64,000 bases of DNA from an uncultured Bacteroidales bacterium. Lineage in GTDB: Bacteria > Bacteroidota > Bacteroidia > Bacteroidales > Muribaculaceae. Position numbers and translations under genes: made by a program. The notes beneath the pieces are model-generated. The model was not told the origin of the DNA, ran no database searches, and was given only the letters and a program-made list of their open reading frames with translations. Of this stretch, positions 33,752 to 42,974 are shown one piece after another. Where the stretch lies: contig CACYRK010000027.1 in NCBI GenBank assembly GCA_902776835.1, positions 12,782 through 76,781 on the forward strand. The letters run 5' to 3'. How positions within the stretch are numbered: position 1 is the stretch's first letter; each line of letters begins with the position of its first letter.

Positions 33752-36700
33752 TTATTTGTTCAGCAGCAGGTTAATCATGGCATTGATGTCGCTGCCGTTC
33801 ACCACATTGTCGCTGTTGTCCACGTTGGCGCGGCCGTCGTAGTTGTCGGCGCTGTCGTGGCCAAGAACGATGTTGATGAGGATGTTCAGGTCGATACCGT
33901 CGACTGCGCCGTCGTTATTAACGTCGCCTGTAATAACCGGGTTCACTACGCCCTCGCCCAGAATGGGGATGAACGTGAGTTGGTGAGCACCGGCCAGTGC
34001 GGTGAAGTAGGCGCGGAACGGGTCGACAGCCGTTGCGGCAGTGACAGGCTCAAAGCCTGTGCCGGCAGCGTTGAGAGCGAAGATGCTCTCGAGCGAGCCG
34101 CCCATGAACGTGCCGGTGAGCACATAGTTCTGACCGCTGGTCATGGCAATTGGCTCGGCCTTGAGAGTCGTGGTGCCGGCACTCCAGGTGACCTCTTTGC
34201 CGTTGAGTCCACTCTTCACAGCCACTGCGTAGGGCACGTTGGCCGTGATTTGGTTAGTGATGGCAAAGGTGGGCACCGAATCTTCCTCGGTAGCGAAGCG
34301 CGCAATCCACAAGTCGGCAGCCTCGTCGGCGTTGGTGGCGGCGGTGAGTGCATTGCCATTGGCATCCTTGACCAACTCGGGAGTGAACGGCAAAACGATG
34401 GTGTTCCAGCCGTTGGACGCGGGGGCGGTGCGGGTACTGTTGAAAGCACGGGTGTAACTAATCGATTGGGTGGTGAAACTCACTGGCGTGAAGTAGTCGT
34501 AGCCGTCACGCAGAGCGATGCTCTGTGCCTGATTGCCTACAATCACGTTCTTCTCTTCAAGTCCGTTGGGAATACTCTCCTCGACACCGACGATGTACAT
34601 TGTGTTCGGGTTGGCGTTAGGAGTCACGCTGTTGATGTTCAGGCCATCGAGGCGCACTGCAATGGCATTATCGGGAACGACGATGTCGCCCTCGGCAGCC
34701 ATACCCATGCCCTTAATGTCGTCGCGGGTCCACACCACCATGCCGTGCTTGATGTCGTAGTACACTGAACTGCCTTTCTCCACGATGTTGACAAGTTGGT
34801 CTTGCTCGTTGCGTGCATAGATGTTGAGCGAGTAGGTCTGGTCGAAGCCCAGGTCGGTAAACTCGAAGTAGAGCGTCTTGGTCTCGCCAGGAGCAACGCT
34901 GAGTTCGCTCTGTCCGTAGGTGACCATCTCGCCGCCCGTCACATTGCCGGCAGCATCTTTGTGAACGAGGAACAGCGGAGCCAGCACATATTTGTTATAC
35001 TCGCTCTCGCCATTGTTGGTGATGTCCACCTTAAAGCGTGCGTAGTTGTCGTAGATGGTGTTGCCGGTAGCATTCTCGGCCTGGATGGTGACAGCCAGGT
35101 TGGTAGGCAACTCGGTGTAATCCTCGATAATCACCTGGCCATTGCCGGCGATGCGCTTCTCGCCATAGGAGTCAAGCGTGACATACACTGCCTTGGTGCC
35201 CGACGACTCGGGGGTGACGTTGAAGGTCACAACGTTGCTCTCGCCAGGCATCACCTCGCTCTGGAGCATGGTGGTGTAGGCGCCAAACTCGTCGATTTGC
35301 TGGCCGCCGAACCACAGATACAGGTCGCCATAGAAGCGGTCGGCGCTCTGGTTCTCGAGCGTGACGTGCACTTGCTCGGGCTTGCCAACCTTCTCACCGC
35401 CAGTGAATTCAAACTTGGTAGCAACGAGATTGATGATGGGGTGAGCGGTGAACGACGCCTCGTAGTTGGTCATCTCGCACTCCATGTAATAGCGGTCGGT
35501 CTCCAGCATGGGCTTCCATTCGTCGGTGCCCTCAAGTTGGTAAACGGGAACGATGAGGTAAGAGCCAGTCAGGCCAGCGCCAAACTTCACGCCGTCGCGC
35601 ACCTCAAGGCTGGCGCCGAAGTTCTCGAAACTGCCCAGTGCCGAGGTGAGGGCGGTGGAGTAGTTGCCGCGGTTAATCATCAGTTCCACAAAGTTGTGGT
35701 TGGTGTCGTAGAGTGCCAGACCAACGTCGTAGCGCTTGCCCGAACTCATGTGGTCGGCATAATTCAACTTGAAAGTTTTGCGCTTGTAGATGTTGAAGCC
35801 TTGGCTCTTGCTGTCGCGCTCCATAGTGCCCGAGAAGCCCAATGCGAAGCCCGTTGCTGTGAGGGCATATTCGGTCTGCGGGTCGGGGTCTACGCCCTGC
35901 TCGGGGTCGCCCGGCGTGATGCCGATGATGGCGCTCTGCTTCATGTTGTAACCCTCGGCGCTCGACGAGCCACCGATGCCGCTCTCACGGGGATTGAGCA
36001 CGGCCAGTTGGAAATAGCCATTACCCATGCCACCCCAACCCCAGTTGATGTGGAAATAGTCGCCAGCCTCATAGCCGTCGCACACAAACGAGTGGCCACC
36101 ACCGCTGCCGGCACTGCCGTTGTAAACCATCGGGCGGCCCTCGACCAGTTCATTATAAATAAGGTCGTCCCAGTTGCCCTGGGTGTAATCGTTACGGAAC
36201 ACGAGTTGAATCGAGTTCTTGTCGTAAGCAAAGTATTTGGTGAAAGCCGGCAGGATTTCGTCGGTATACGTTGCCGAAGCACTCAGGCCGTAGGACATCT
36301 TCACCGCATAGCCCACATAGAGCATGAGGTTGGCCACCGCGTCGGTGTAGACCTCGCTTTCGCTGCCGGTGTAACTGTCGAGCATGTGTGCCCAGTCAAA
36401 GTCGATGATGGGCAACTCTTCGGTGGTCGATGTGCCGTAACTATATTCGCCGGTCGAGAAGGTGAATGTGTAGGACGGAATCACTTGCGTGGGGCGCTCG
36501 GGCCAGTTGTAGTACTTCATGATCTGGCTCATGCTGGTTGCCACGCAACCTGTGTAAGCGAGTTCGCCAATGGTGTCGCCGTTCTCGTCGATATCCATAA
36601 ACTCTGGGCACTTGTTCCAGTAGGGTGCTGCCTGGTTCCACTTGGTGGTAATCAGCGGCGCTATCGAGTTGCGCGTGGGCACGCTGGCATTGCGTGGTGC

Positions 36701-37096
36701 GGCCAGCATCAGTGCGCTTTCATTGTCGCTCATCTTGTCCAAGGCCTTGATTTGCTCGGCATAACTTGCCATCCATGCTTTCATGTTGGCCGGAATCTTG
36801 TTCTCGTCGAAGGCTCCGGTGTCGCTGTAGCCTAAGATTGGCACTGTGCGGTCGTCGCCCGAAACGATGACGAAGCCACCGCCGTCGACGTTAAACACAT
36901 AGTAATAACTTTGGTCTCCTGTGCTGAGCAGGCGTGGTGCCTTGCTGGCAACCTTTAGTGCGCTGTTGCCGCCGCGTTGCTGCATCAGGAATGATTTGGC
37001 CTCTTGCATGGCAGTCGACATGTCGACTGGTCTTGCGCTAAGTCCCAGTGCTAAAGGCAAAAGCATTAACAACAATAATGCGTGTTTTTTGTTCAT
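33752..37096 (-). CDS. C10-family (streptopain/SpeB-like) cysteine peptidase with long C-terminal beta-rich region and terminal dockerin-like repeats
   Basis: Signal peptide; Spi-inhibitor-like prodomain (YYYVFNVDGGGFVIVSGDDR); catalytic GCVATSMSQIM (Cys), GGGHSFVCDGY (His), HINWGWGG. The C-terminus is GDVNNDGAVDGIDLNILINIVLG...NVDNSDNVVNGSDINAMINLLL. Confidence 0.88.
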   Translation of the reverse strand: MNKKHALLLLMLLPLALGLSARPVDMSTAMQEAKSFLMQQRGGNSALKVASKAPRLLSTGDQSYYYVFNVDGGGFVIVSGDDRTVPILGYSDTGAFDENKIPANMKAWMASYAEQIKALDKMSDNESALMLAAPRNASVPTRNSIAPLITTKWNQAAPYWNKCPEFMDIDENGDTIGELAYTGCVATSMSQIMKYYNWPERPTQVIPSYTFTFSTGEYSYGTSTTEELPIIDFDWAHMLDSYTGSESEVYTDAVANLMLYVGYAVKMSYGLSASATYTDEILPAFTKYFAYDKNSIQLVFRNDYTQGNWDDLIYNELVEGRPMVYNGSAGSGGGHSFVCDGYEAGDYFHINWGWGGMGNGYFQLAVLNPRESGIGGSSSAEGYNMKQSAIIGITPGDPEQGVDPDPQTEYALTATGFALGFSGTMERDSKSQGFNIYKRKTFKLNYADHMSSGKRYDVGLALYDTNHNFVELMINRGNYSTALTSALGSFENFGASLEVRDGVKFGAGLTGSYLIVPVYQLEGTDEWKPMLETDRYYMECEMTNYEASFTAHPIINLVATKFEFTGGEKVGKPEQVHVTLENQSADRFYGDLYLWFGGQQIDEFGAYTTMLQSEVMPGESNVVTFNVTPESSGTKAVYVTLDSYGEKRIAGNGQVIIEDYTELPTNLAVTIQAENATGNTIYDNYARFKVDITNNGESEYNKYVLAPLFLVHKDAAGNVTGGEMVTYGQSELSVAPGETKTLYFEFTDLGFDQTYSLNIYARNEQDQLVNIVEKGSSVYYDIKHGMVVWTRDDIKGMGMAAEGDIVVPDNAIAVRLDGLNINSVTPNANPNTMYIVGVEESIPNGLEEKNVIVGNQAQSIALRDGYDYFTPVSFTTQSISYTRAFNSTRTAPASNGWNTIVLPFTPELVKDANGNALTAATNADEAADLWIARFATEEDSVPTFAITNQITANVPYAVAVKSGLNGKEVTWSAGTTTLKAEPIAMTSGQNYVLTGTFMGGSLESIFALNAAGTGFEPVTAATAVDPFRAYFTALAGAHQLTFIPILGEGVVNPVITGDVNNDGAVDGIDLNILINIVLGHDSADNYDGRANVDNSDNVVNGSDINAMINLLLNK

Positions 37097-37156
37097 TGAA
37101 GTAAGGTTTTACGTTTATTTTAAATGATTAAAAGGTTCTCCACGATAGAGAAGATG

Positions 37157-37164
37157 CAAATTTA
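37157..37164 (-). promoter_or_regulatory. -7 promoter box (TAAATTTG) for the C10 peptidase gene
   Basis: Exact TAnnTTTG on the minus strand, 60 nt upstream of ATG 37096. Confidence 0.5.
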
Positions 37165-37348
37165 CAAAAGAAATTTTCAAAACTTGATTTTTATCCAATT
37201 ATTTAAATGAACTTAACTAAAAATCATGTGAATAGAACAAAAACCCTCTGAAAATCCGTGTAACACCAATACACCTCAAAACCATCACACCTTCTTAGGG
37301 TGTGTTACATCTCGTTTAAAGATTAAAAATTCTTAAATCTCAGAAAAT

Positions 37349-37369
37349 ATTTATCGTTTTTCGATAAAT
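37349..37369. promoter_or_regulatory. Inverted repeat ATTTATCG-n5-CGATAAAT next to the DUF2975/XRE promoter
   Basis: 8-bp perfect arms, ending 4 nt before the TATCTTTG box at 37374. Confidence 0.4.
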
Positions 37370-37373
37370 TGAT

Positions 37374-37381
37374 ATATCTTT
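37374..37381 (+). promoter_or_regulatory. -7 promoter box (TATCTTTG) for the DUF2975/XRE pair
   Basis: Exact TAnnTTTG, 32 nt upstream of ATG 37414. Confidence 0.5.
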
Positions 37382-37413
37382 GCAGCGGAATTCAAAATCA
37401 AAAATTTTTAGAT

Positions 37414-37896
37414 ATGAAAAAGACTTCGATAAAAACGCTGAAAATTGTGTGCTATGTTTTGTTGATTTGCACCCCTCTGTGGGTCGCTTTCTATGGCGTA
37501 CAGTCTTATTTTGTTCTCACCAAAGGTTCAGGCTTGGGGGTAATCAACTGGGGTACACCCCGCATTGAACTGAAAGTGGCATGGTTTGTAGCACACCGAA
37601 TAGCTCTCCTGACTTTGGCTGGGCTGTTTGCGACTTTTGTGTACAACATCTTGAAGCACCTCAAGGGTGGATCAATCTTCACGCGTGCAAATGTGACTCT
37701 GTTGTGGGTGATTGTGGCTGTACTGCCCATCTACTCTTTTTTGAGCGACAACATGAGCATTGCCTGCTCTCCAACGGAGCACTTCAACTTGGTAATCACC
37801 GACAACGTATTTCTTTATCCTGTAGTGGCGCTAATCGTGGCATTGCTTTATAAGGTGGCCTACGATGCCGCCGAAGAACAAAAGTTGACCATTTAA
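37414..37896 (+). CDS. DUF2975-like membrane protein
   Basis: Four predicted TM segments. Precedes a small XRE-type HTH gene, as in the conserved DUF2975/YozG pairing. AT-rich. Confidence 0.6.
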   Translation: MKKTSIKTLKIVCYVLLICTPLWVAFYGVQSYFVLTKGSGLGVINWGTPRIELKVAWFVAHRIALLTLAGLFATFVYNILKHLKGGSIFTRANVTLLWVIVAVLPIYSFLSDNMSIACSPTEHFNLVITDNVFLYPVVALIVALLYKVAYDAAEEQKLTI

Positions 37897-37908
37897 ACTC
37901 TTTGCGCT

Positions 37909-38118
37909 ATGATAATAGTTAATCTTGATGTGATGATGGCGAAGCGCAAGATGTCGCTCAATGAGCTCAGCGAGCGCGTGGGCATCACTGTCGCCAATCT
38001 ATCCATTCTTAAAACCGGCAAAGCCAAGGCGGTGCGTTTCTCGACCCTTGACACCATTTGCCGTGTGCTTGAATGCACACCGGGCGACATCCTCGAGTAT
38101 CGCCCCGACAATGATTAA
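37909..38118 (+). CDS. XRE-family helix-turn-helix transcriptional regulator (YozG-like)
   Basis: MSLNELSERVGITVANLSILKTGKAKAVRFSTLDTICRVLECTPGDIL, a classic Cro/C1 HTH. Confidence 0.85.
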   Translation: MIIVNLDVMMAKRKMSLNELSERVGITVANLSILKTGKAKAVRFSTLDTICRVLECTPGDILEYRPDND

Positions 38119-38145
38119 TTCACCAATAATTATAATTCAAGAACT

Positions 38146-38916
38146 ATGATTAAAATTATTTCTGTTATGGTTGCGGCTATGCTTGCCGTGCCAAGTGTGT
38201 GCCTCGCGGCAACTGCCGAGGCAAGTGATAACACTGTGATTGACAACACTGAAGCGTCGTGCGACAGCACGGGCGACAAATCGCGGTTCTACATCTTCCT
38301 GAGCGATGTGTATGTGGGGTGGGGTGGTAACCATGTGGAAGCGCCCGCCAGCGACGCCATTAAAAGCACCGTGTGGGAAGCCGGCGTGCTCAATTTTGCA
38401 AGCCTGGGCTACAACTTCAATCAGGACCGCTCGCGCTTGTCGCTGGGCGTGGGATTCAATTGGACGCATTATGGCTTGCGCAAGGATTTCTCATGGTATC
38501 GCGGCGATGGCGGCGTGCTGGGCTGGATGCCGAATGCCGAACTATACGACGAGCAATACGACAAGAGCCGTTCGTCGCTCACGTTGTACTCGATGCAGTT
38601 CCCGCTCATGTTCAATCAGTCGCTGGGCAAAAAATGGGATGTGGCCGTGGCCGGTATCCTCAATTGGAACTACTATGCCCACTTCAACAACCACTACAGC
38701 CTGGACCACAGCGACTATCACGTGACTACCCACGGCTTGAAGCAGCGCAAGGTGTCGTTCGACCTGTTGGGCCAGGTGAGTTGGCATGGCATTGGCGCAT
38801 ATCTCCGCTATTCGCCCCAGTCGGTATTCAAAACTGGCTACGGCCCCGAAATGAAAAACCGCTGGACCCTGGGCATCGTGCTACGCGGTGCCTTAACCCC
38901 AAGAGATAAAAAATGA
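38146..38916 (+). CDS. Hypothetical outer-membrane beta-barrel-like protein
   Basis: Signal peptide (MIKIISVMVAAMLAVPSVCLA). Aromatic-rich alternating pattern with a C-terminal aromatic residue region. Family not recognised. Confidence 0.5.
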   Translation: MIKIISVMVAAMLAVPSVCLAATAEASDNTVIDNTEASCDSTGDKSRFYIFLSDVYVGWGGNHVEAPASDAIKSTVWEAGVLNFASLGYNFNQDRSRLSLGVGFNWTHYGLRKDFSWYRGDGGVLGWMPNAELYDEQYDKSRSSLTLYSMQFPLMFNQSLGKKWDVAVAGILNWNYYAHFNNHYSLDHSDYHVTTHGLKQRKVSFDLLGQVSWHGIGAYLRYSPQSVFKTGYGPEMKNRWTLGIVLRGALTPRDKK

Positions 38917-38945
38917 TTGTGTGATATTAAGCCGTAATAATGCGG

Positions 38946-38982
38946 GCCGAGGCTGTTAACGCTGCTTCGGCTCGCTTTTTTG
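38946..38982 (+). terminator. Rho-independent terminator after the 38146 gene
   Basis: gccgaggc-n10-gcttcggc, then tcgctttttt. Confidence 0.6.
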
Positions 38983-39016
38983 TGGCTGAGGAGTTGGGAG
39001 GACAATGGTTTTTTTG

Positions 39017-39024
39017 TAATTTTG
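39017..39024 (+). promoter_or_regulatory. -7 promoter box (TAATTTTG) for the nitronate monooxygenase-like gene
   Basis: Exact TAnnTTTG in tttttttgtaattttg, 33 nt upstream of ATG 39058. Confidence 0.5.
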
Positions 39025-39057
39025 CCGAAGAAATATCAACAATCAAATCGCAGAAAG

Positions 39058-40005
39058 ATGATGAACAACAGAGTTTGTGAACTTTTCAACATTCAGTATC
39101 CCATCATTGCCGGAGGCATGGTGTGGTGCAGTGGCTGGCGCTTGGCGGCGGCAGTGAGCAATGCTGGCGGCTTGGGCCTGCTTGGGGCCGGCTCGATGAC
39201 GGCCGACGTGCTACGCGAGCACATCGTGAAGTGCCGTCAGGCCACCGACAAGCCGTTTGGCGTGAACATGCCGCTGATGAAGCCCGACGCTGCGGAACTC
39301 ATGGAGGTTATCGCGCAAGAGCATGTGCCAGTGGTGTTTACCAGCGCTGGCAGCCCCAAGAAGTGGACTGGCTGGTTGCATGAGCGAGGCATCAAAGTGG
39401 CCCATGTGGTGGCTTCGAGCACGTTCGCAGGCAAGTGCGAGCAGGCTGGCGTCGATGCCGTTGTGGCCGAGGGCTTTGAGGCCGGTGGGCACAATGGTCG
39501 CGAGGAGACCACCACGCTGTGCCTGATTCCCGCTGTGCGCCGTGCCACATCGCTGCCGCTGATTGCCGCCGGTGGCATCGCTACCGGCCAAGCCATGCTG
39601 GCCGTGCAGGCCTTGGGGGCCGAGGGTGTTCAGGTGGGCACGCGCTTTGCGCTCACTCAGGAGAGCAGCGCCAGCGACGCCTTCAAGGCACGATGCCTCA
39701 ACCTCGACGAGGGTGACACCAAGTTGTTGCTGCGCAAACTCTCACCCACACGTCTGGTTAAAGGCGGCTTCTACACGGCTATCGAGGACGCCGAGAACCG
39801 CGGCGCCTCGAGCGAGGAACTGCTCGAAATCATCGGCACCGGAAAGTCGCGCTTGGGCATCTTCGAGGGCGACCTCGACAATGGCGAGTTGGAAATCGGC
39901 CAGGTGGCTTCGCTGCTCAAGGGCCGCCCGGTGGAAACCGTGAAGCAGGTCATCGACGAAATGATGAGCCAGTACAATCAAGCCAAACAGCAACTTGCGC
40001 AATAA
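39058..40005 (+). CDS. Nitronate monooxygenase / FabK-like FMN enzyme (NPD family)
   Basis: IQYPIIAGGMVW..., AAGGIATGQAMLAVQALGAEGVQVGTRF. Start moved to ATG 39058, downstream of the promoter box. Confidence 0.8.
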   Translation: MMNNRVCELFNIQYPIIAGGMVWCSGWRLAAAVSNAGGLGLLGAGSMTADVLREHIVKCRQATDKPFGVNMPLMKPDAAELMEVIAQEHVPVVFTSAGSPKKWTGWLHERGIKVAHVVASSTFAGKCEQAGVDAVVAEGFEAGGHNGREETTTLCLIPAVRRATSLPLIAAGGIATGQAMLAVQALGAEGVQVGTRFALTQESSASDAFKARCLNLDEGDTKLLLRKLSPTRLVKGGFYTAIEDAENRGASSEELLEIIGTGKSRLGIFEGDLDNGELEIGQVASLLKGRPVETVKQVIDEMMSQYNQAKQQLAQ

Positions 40006-40145
40006 GTTGCCGGTTACAGTTAAGACCCCAGCCCCGTCATCCAAGCCTGAAGAAGGGCTGTGGTGACGGGGTTGGTGCGTAGTTGTAGAGGGGGTGGTGA
40101 GTGTTTTTATTTCTGAAATTGCATCGGTCTGTGAAAAAAAATATC

Positions 40146-40153
40146 TACCTTTG
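40146..40153 (+). promoter_or_regulatory. -7 promoter box (TACCTTTG) for DUF4494-yggS, implying a ~135-nt leader
   Basis: Exact TAnnTTTG, 142 nt upstream of ATG 40296. Confidence 0.45.
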
Positions 40154-40295
40154 TGCTGTGTTGCGGCGGTCAGGATCGACGTGAGTTCGCAAATTTGCTG
40201 AGAGCCAGTAATTTTGTCACATCACTCAATCATAGTTCCGCCACACGAGAGTGTTTATACAAAGAATAACAATAAAGACAAGAGAAAGATTAATT

Positions 40296-40757
40296 ATGTC
40301 ACAATGGTTTGAATGTAAAGTGAGATACGATAAGATGATGGAAAACGGTATGCAGAAAGTTGTTACCGAGCCGTATCTTGTCGACGCCCTGTCGTTTACC
40401 GAGGCCGAGGCCCGCATCACCGAGGAGATGCAACCTTACATCTCGGGCGAATTCAGCGTAGCCGCCGTGAAGCGTGTCAAGTTGACCGACATCTTTTACA
40501 ACCCCGCGGGCGACCGTTGGTACAAAGTCAAGACCATGTTTATCACCATCGACGAGAAGAGCGGTGCCGAGAAGAAGACGGCAACCTTCCAGATGGTTCA
40601 GGCGAGCGACATCAAGGAGGCGCTGAGCGTCTACGATGCAGGCATGAAGGACCTTATGGCCAACATCGAGGTGGCAGCGATAACCGAGACGCCGCTGCTC
40701 GACGTGTTCAAGGAGGATTTGGAGCGCACCCTGGCCGACAAGGCCGCTCAACAATAA
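40296..40757 (+). CDS. DUF4494-domain protein
   Basis: MSQWFECKVRYDKMMENGMQKVVTEPYLVDALSFTEAEARITEEM matches my recollection of the DUF4494 family. Confidence 0.7.
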   Translation: MSQWFECKVRYDKMMENGMQKVVTEPYLVDALSFTEAEARITEEMQPYISGEFSVAAVKRVKLTDIFYNPAGDRWYKVKTMFITIDEKSGAEKKTATFQMVQASDIKEALSVYDAGMKDLMANIEVAAITETPLLDVFKEDLERTLADKAAQQ

Positions 40758-40766
40758 CACAGCGCT

Positions 40767-41444
40767 ATGGCCCAATCGTTGATTAGTGACAACTTGCGTC
40801 ACATTAAGGCGATGATGCCCGCCGGGGTCGACCTGGTGGCTGTGTCGAAATTCCATCCCGTGGAGGCGCTGCAGCAGGCCTACGACGCTGGGCAGCGCAT
40901 CTTCGGCGAAAACCGTGTGCAAGAGTTGGCTGCGAAGGTCGACCTCATGCCCGCCGACGTGCAGTGGCACATGATAGGACACCTGCAGACCAACAAGGTG
41001 CGCGTGGCCGTGCGCTGTGCCAACATGATTGAGAGTGTCGACAGCGTGCGACTGCTGCAACTCATCAACAAAGAGGCGCAACGCATCGACAAGGTCATCG
41101 ACGTGCTACTGCAACTGCATGTGGCCCAAGAAGAAGCAAAGTCAGGCTTCGGCGTGGGCGAACTCCTGCAAGCCCTCACGGTGGGCGAACTCGACGGGAT
41201 GGACCACGTGCGAGTGTGCGGACTCATGGCAATGGCTTCGCTCACCGACGATGAGGAGCAAATCGACCGCGAGTTTGCTATCGTGAACGACACATTCAAC
41301 GTTGTCAAAGAGGAGTTTTATGCCGACCGACCCGAGTTCAAGCACATCAGCATGGGCATGAGCCACGACTGGCCCATCGCCGTGCGACACGGCGCCACGC
41401 TGGTGCGTATAGGCTCGGCAATCTTCGGCCCGAGGCAATATTAA
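40767..41444 (+). CDS. yggS: YggS-family pyridoxal-phosphate homeostasis protein
   Basis: VAVSKFHP (PLP lysine), HMIGHLQTNK, and the SMGMSHD...GSAIFG pattern. Confidence 0.9.
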   Translation: MAQSLISDNLRHIKAMMPAGVDLVAVSKFHPVEALQQAYDAGQRIFGENRVQELAAKVDLMPADVQWHMIGHLQTNKVRVAVRCANMIESVDSVRLLQLINKEAQRIDKVIDVLLQLHVAQEEAKSGFGVGELLQALTVGELDGMDHVRVCGLMAMASLTDDEEQIDREFAIVNDTFNVVKEEFYADRPEFKHISMGMSHDWPIAVRHGATLVRIGSAIFGPRQY

Positions 41445-41497
41445 GCGCTGTGACACAAATTATTGCAAAAAATGAGCACGCGTTGTAGATTTTTTTG

Positions 41498-41505
41498 TAA
41501 CTTTG
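41498..41505 (+). promoter_or_regulatory. -7 promoter box (TAACTTTG) for the MFS transporter gene
   Basis: Exact TAnnTTTG in tttttttgtaactttg, 35 nt upstream of ATG 41541. Confidence 0.5.
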
Positions 41506-41540
41506 GCGAAATTTTGAAAATTATCTAATCAAGACAAACA

Positions 41541-42824
41541 ATGGCAAATAAATCAAAACAGTGGGCTGCGATTATCATGATGATCGCGCTCTTCGCAATG
41601 ATTGCCTTCGTGACCAACTTGTGTTCACCCATGGCAACCATCGTCAAGAATCAGTTCGGTGCCTCGGAGGCTGCCGGACAAATCGGTAACTATGCCAACT
41701 TCATCGCTTACTTGCTGATGGGTATTCCCAGCGGAATGCTGATTACCAAGATGGGCTACAAAAAGACTGCTCTCGCCGCTCTCGTGGTGGGTATCATCGG
41801 TCTGGTAATCGAGTACCTGAGCGGCCAGATTGGTGGCGACGGCGCTTACTGGATTTACCTGCTCGGCGCATTCATCAGCGGTATGTGCATGTGTATGCTC
41901 AACACCGTGGTTAACCCGCTGCTCAACGTGCTGGGCGGTGGCGGCAAGACCGGCAACCAACTTATCCAGATTGGCGGTGCCTTCAACTCGGCCGCCGCTG
42001 TGGCTGTCTACATCCTGATGGGCGCGCTCATCGGCGAGGTGACCAAAGACACCATGATTTCCGACGCTACGCCCGCCATGTTCATTGCTCTGGGCATCTT
42101 CATTGTGGCATTCATCGTGCTTCTGTTCACCAAGATTGAGGAGCCTGAGCAGGCCCCCATGGAGATGAGCCTCATCCCTGGTGCGCTCAAGTTCCGTCAC
42201 TTCGCCCTCGGCGCTCTGGCTATCTTCCTGTATATGAGCGTTGAGGTGGGTACTCCCACTTACATGATTTCTTACCTGCAGACACCCGAAATCGGCGTTA
42301 CCGCAGGTGTGGCTGCCCTTATCGCCTCGGTCTATTGGTTGATGATGTTCATCGGCCGCTCGATTGGCGGTGCCATCGGTGGCAAGGTGAGCAGCCGTGC
42401 CATGGTGAGCGTCGTGGCTGCTGTTGCCGTGCTGCTTTTGCTCTTCGGTATGTTCGCACCCACCGACATTAAGGTGAGCGTGCCGGGCATCGACTGGGCT
42501 AACCTGAGCGTGATGTGGACACCGGTTCCCGTGGGCGTGTTCGCTTTCATCCTGGTGGGACTCTGTACCTCGGTGATGTGGGGCGGTATCTTCAACATGG
42601 CTGTTGAGGGCCTGGGTAAGTTCACCGCAGCCGCCAGTGGCATTTTCATGACAATGGTATTCGGTTGCGCAGTGATGGTGGCTCTGCAGGCTATCGTTGC
42701 CGACAAGGTGAGCATCCTTTCAAGTTATTGGATCCCGGTGGCTTGCGCTGCTTACATCTTGTTCTACGCACTCATCGGCAGCCGTCCTACGCAAAAAGCC
42801 GAGGACGCTGAAAACGCCGAATAA
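41541..42824 (+). CDS. Sugar MFS transporter (FucP / glucose-galactose transporter family)
   Basis: 12-TM layout, 427 aa, FucP-like N-terminus. Confidence 0.75.
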   Translation: MANKSKQWAAIIMMIALFAMIAFVTNLCSPMATIVKNQFGASEAAGQIGNYANFIAYLLMGIPSGMLITKMGYKKTALAALVVGIIGLVIEYLSGQIGGDGAYWIYLLGAFISGMCMCMLNTVVNPLLNVLGGGGKTGNQLIQIGGAFNSAAAVAVYILMGALIGEVTKDTMISDATPAMFIALGIFIVAFIVLLFTKIEEPEQAPMEMSLIPGALKFRHFALGALAIFLYMSVEVGTPTYMISYLQTPEIGVTAGVAALIASVYWLMMFIGRSIGGAIGGKVSSRAMVSVVAAVAVLLLLFGMFAPTDIKVSVPGIDWANLSVMWTPVPVGVFAFILVGLCTSVMWGGIFNMAVEGLGKFTAAASGIFMTMVFGCAVMVALQAIVADKVSILSSYWIPVACAAYILFYALIGSRPTQKAEDAENAE

Positions 42825-42847
42825 TAAAGGTCTTTTGAAAAATATTG

Positions 42848-42896
42848 GCAAGTTGCCACGCAATTATCTTAATTGTTGTGGCAACTTGCTTTTTTA
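42848..42896 (+). terminator. Rho-independent terminator after the MFS transporter gene
   Basis: Perfect 12-bp stem gcaagttgccac / gtggcaacttgc followed by tttttt. Confidence 0.8.
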
Positions 42897-42974
42897 TGGC
42901 CAAAAAATTTGGTGGATTGGCCAAAATGTAGTAATTTCGTGCAATAAATATCACTCATTAAAAAAATCGTGTAT

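Noticed and set aside
34796-36835. 679-aa + strand ORF inside the C10 peptidase gene
   Set aside because: It is antisense to a gene with clear C10 catalytic motifs. The translation is low-complexity (V/G/A/H/L).
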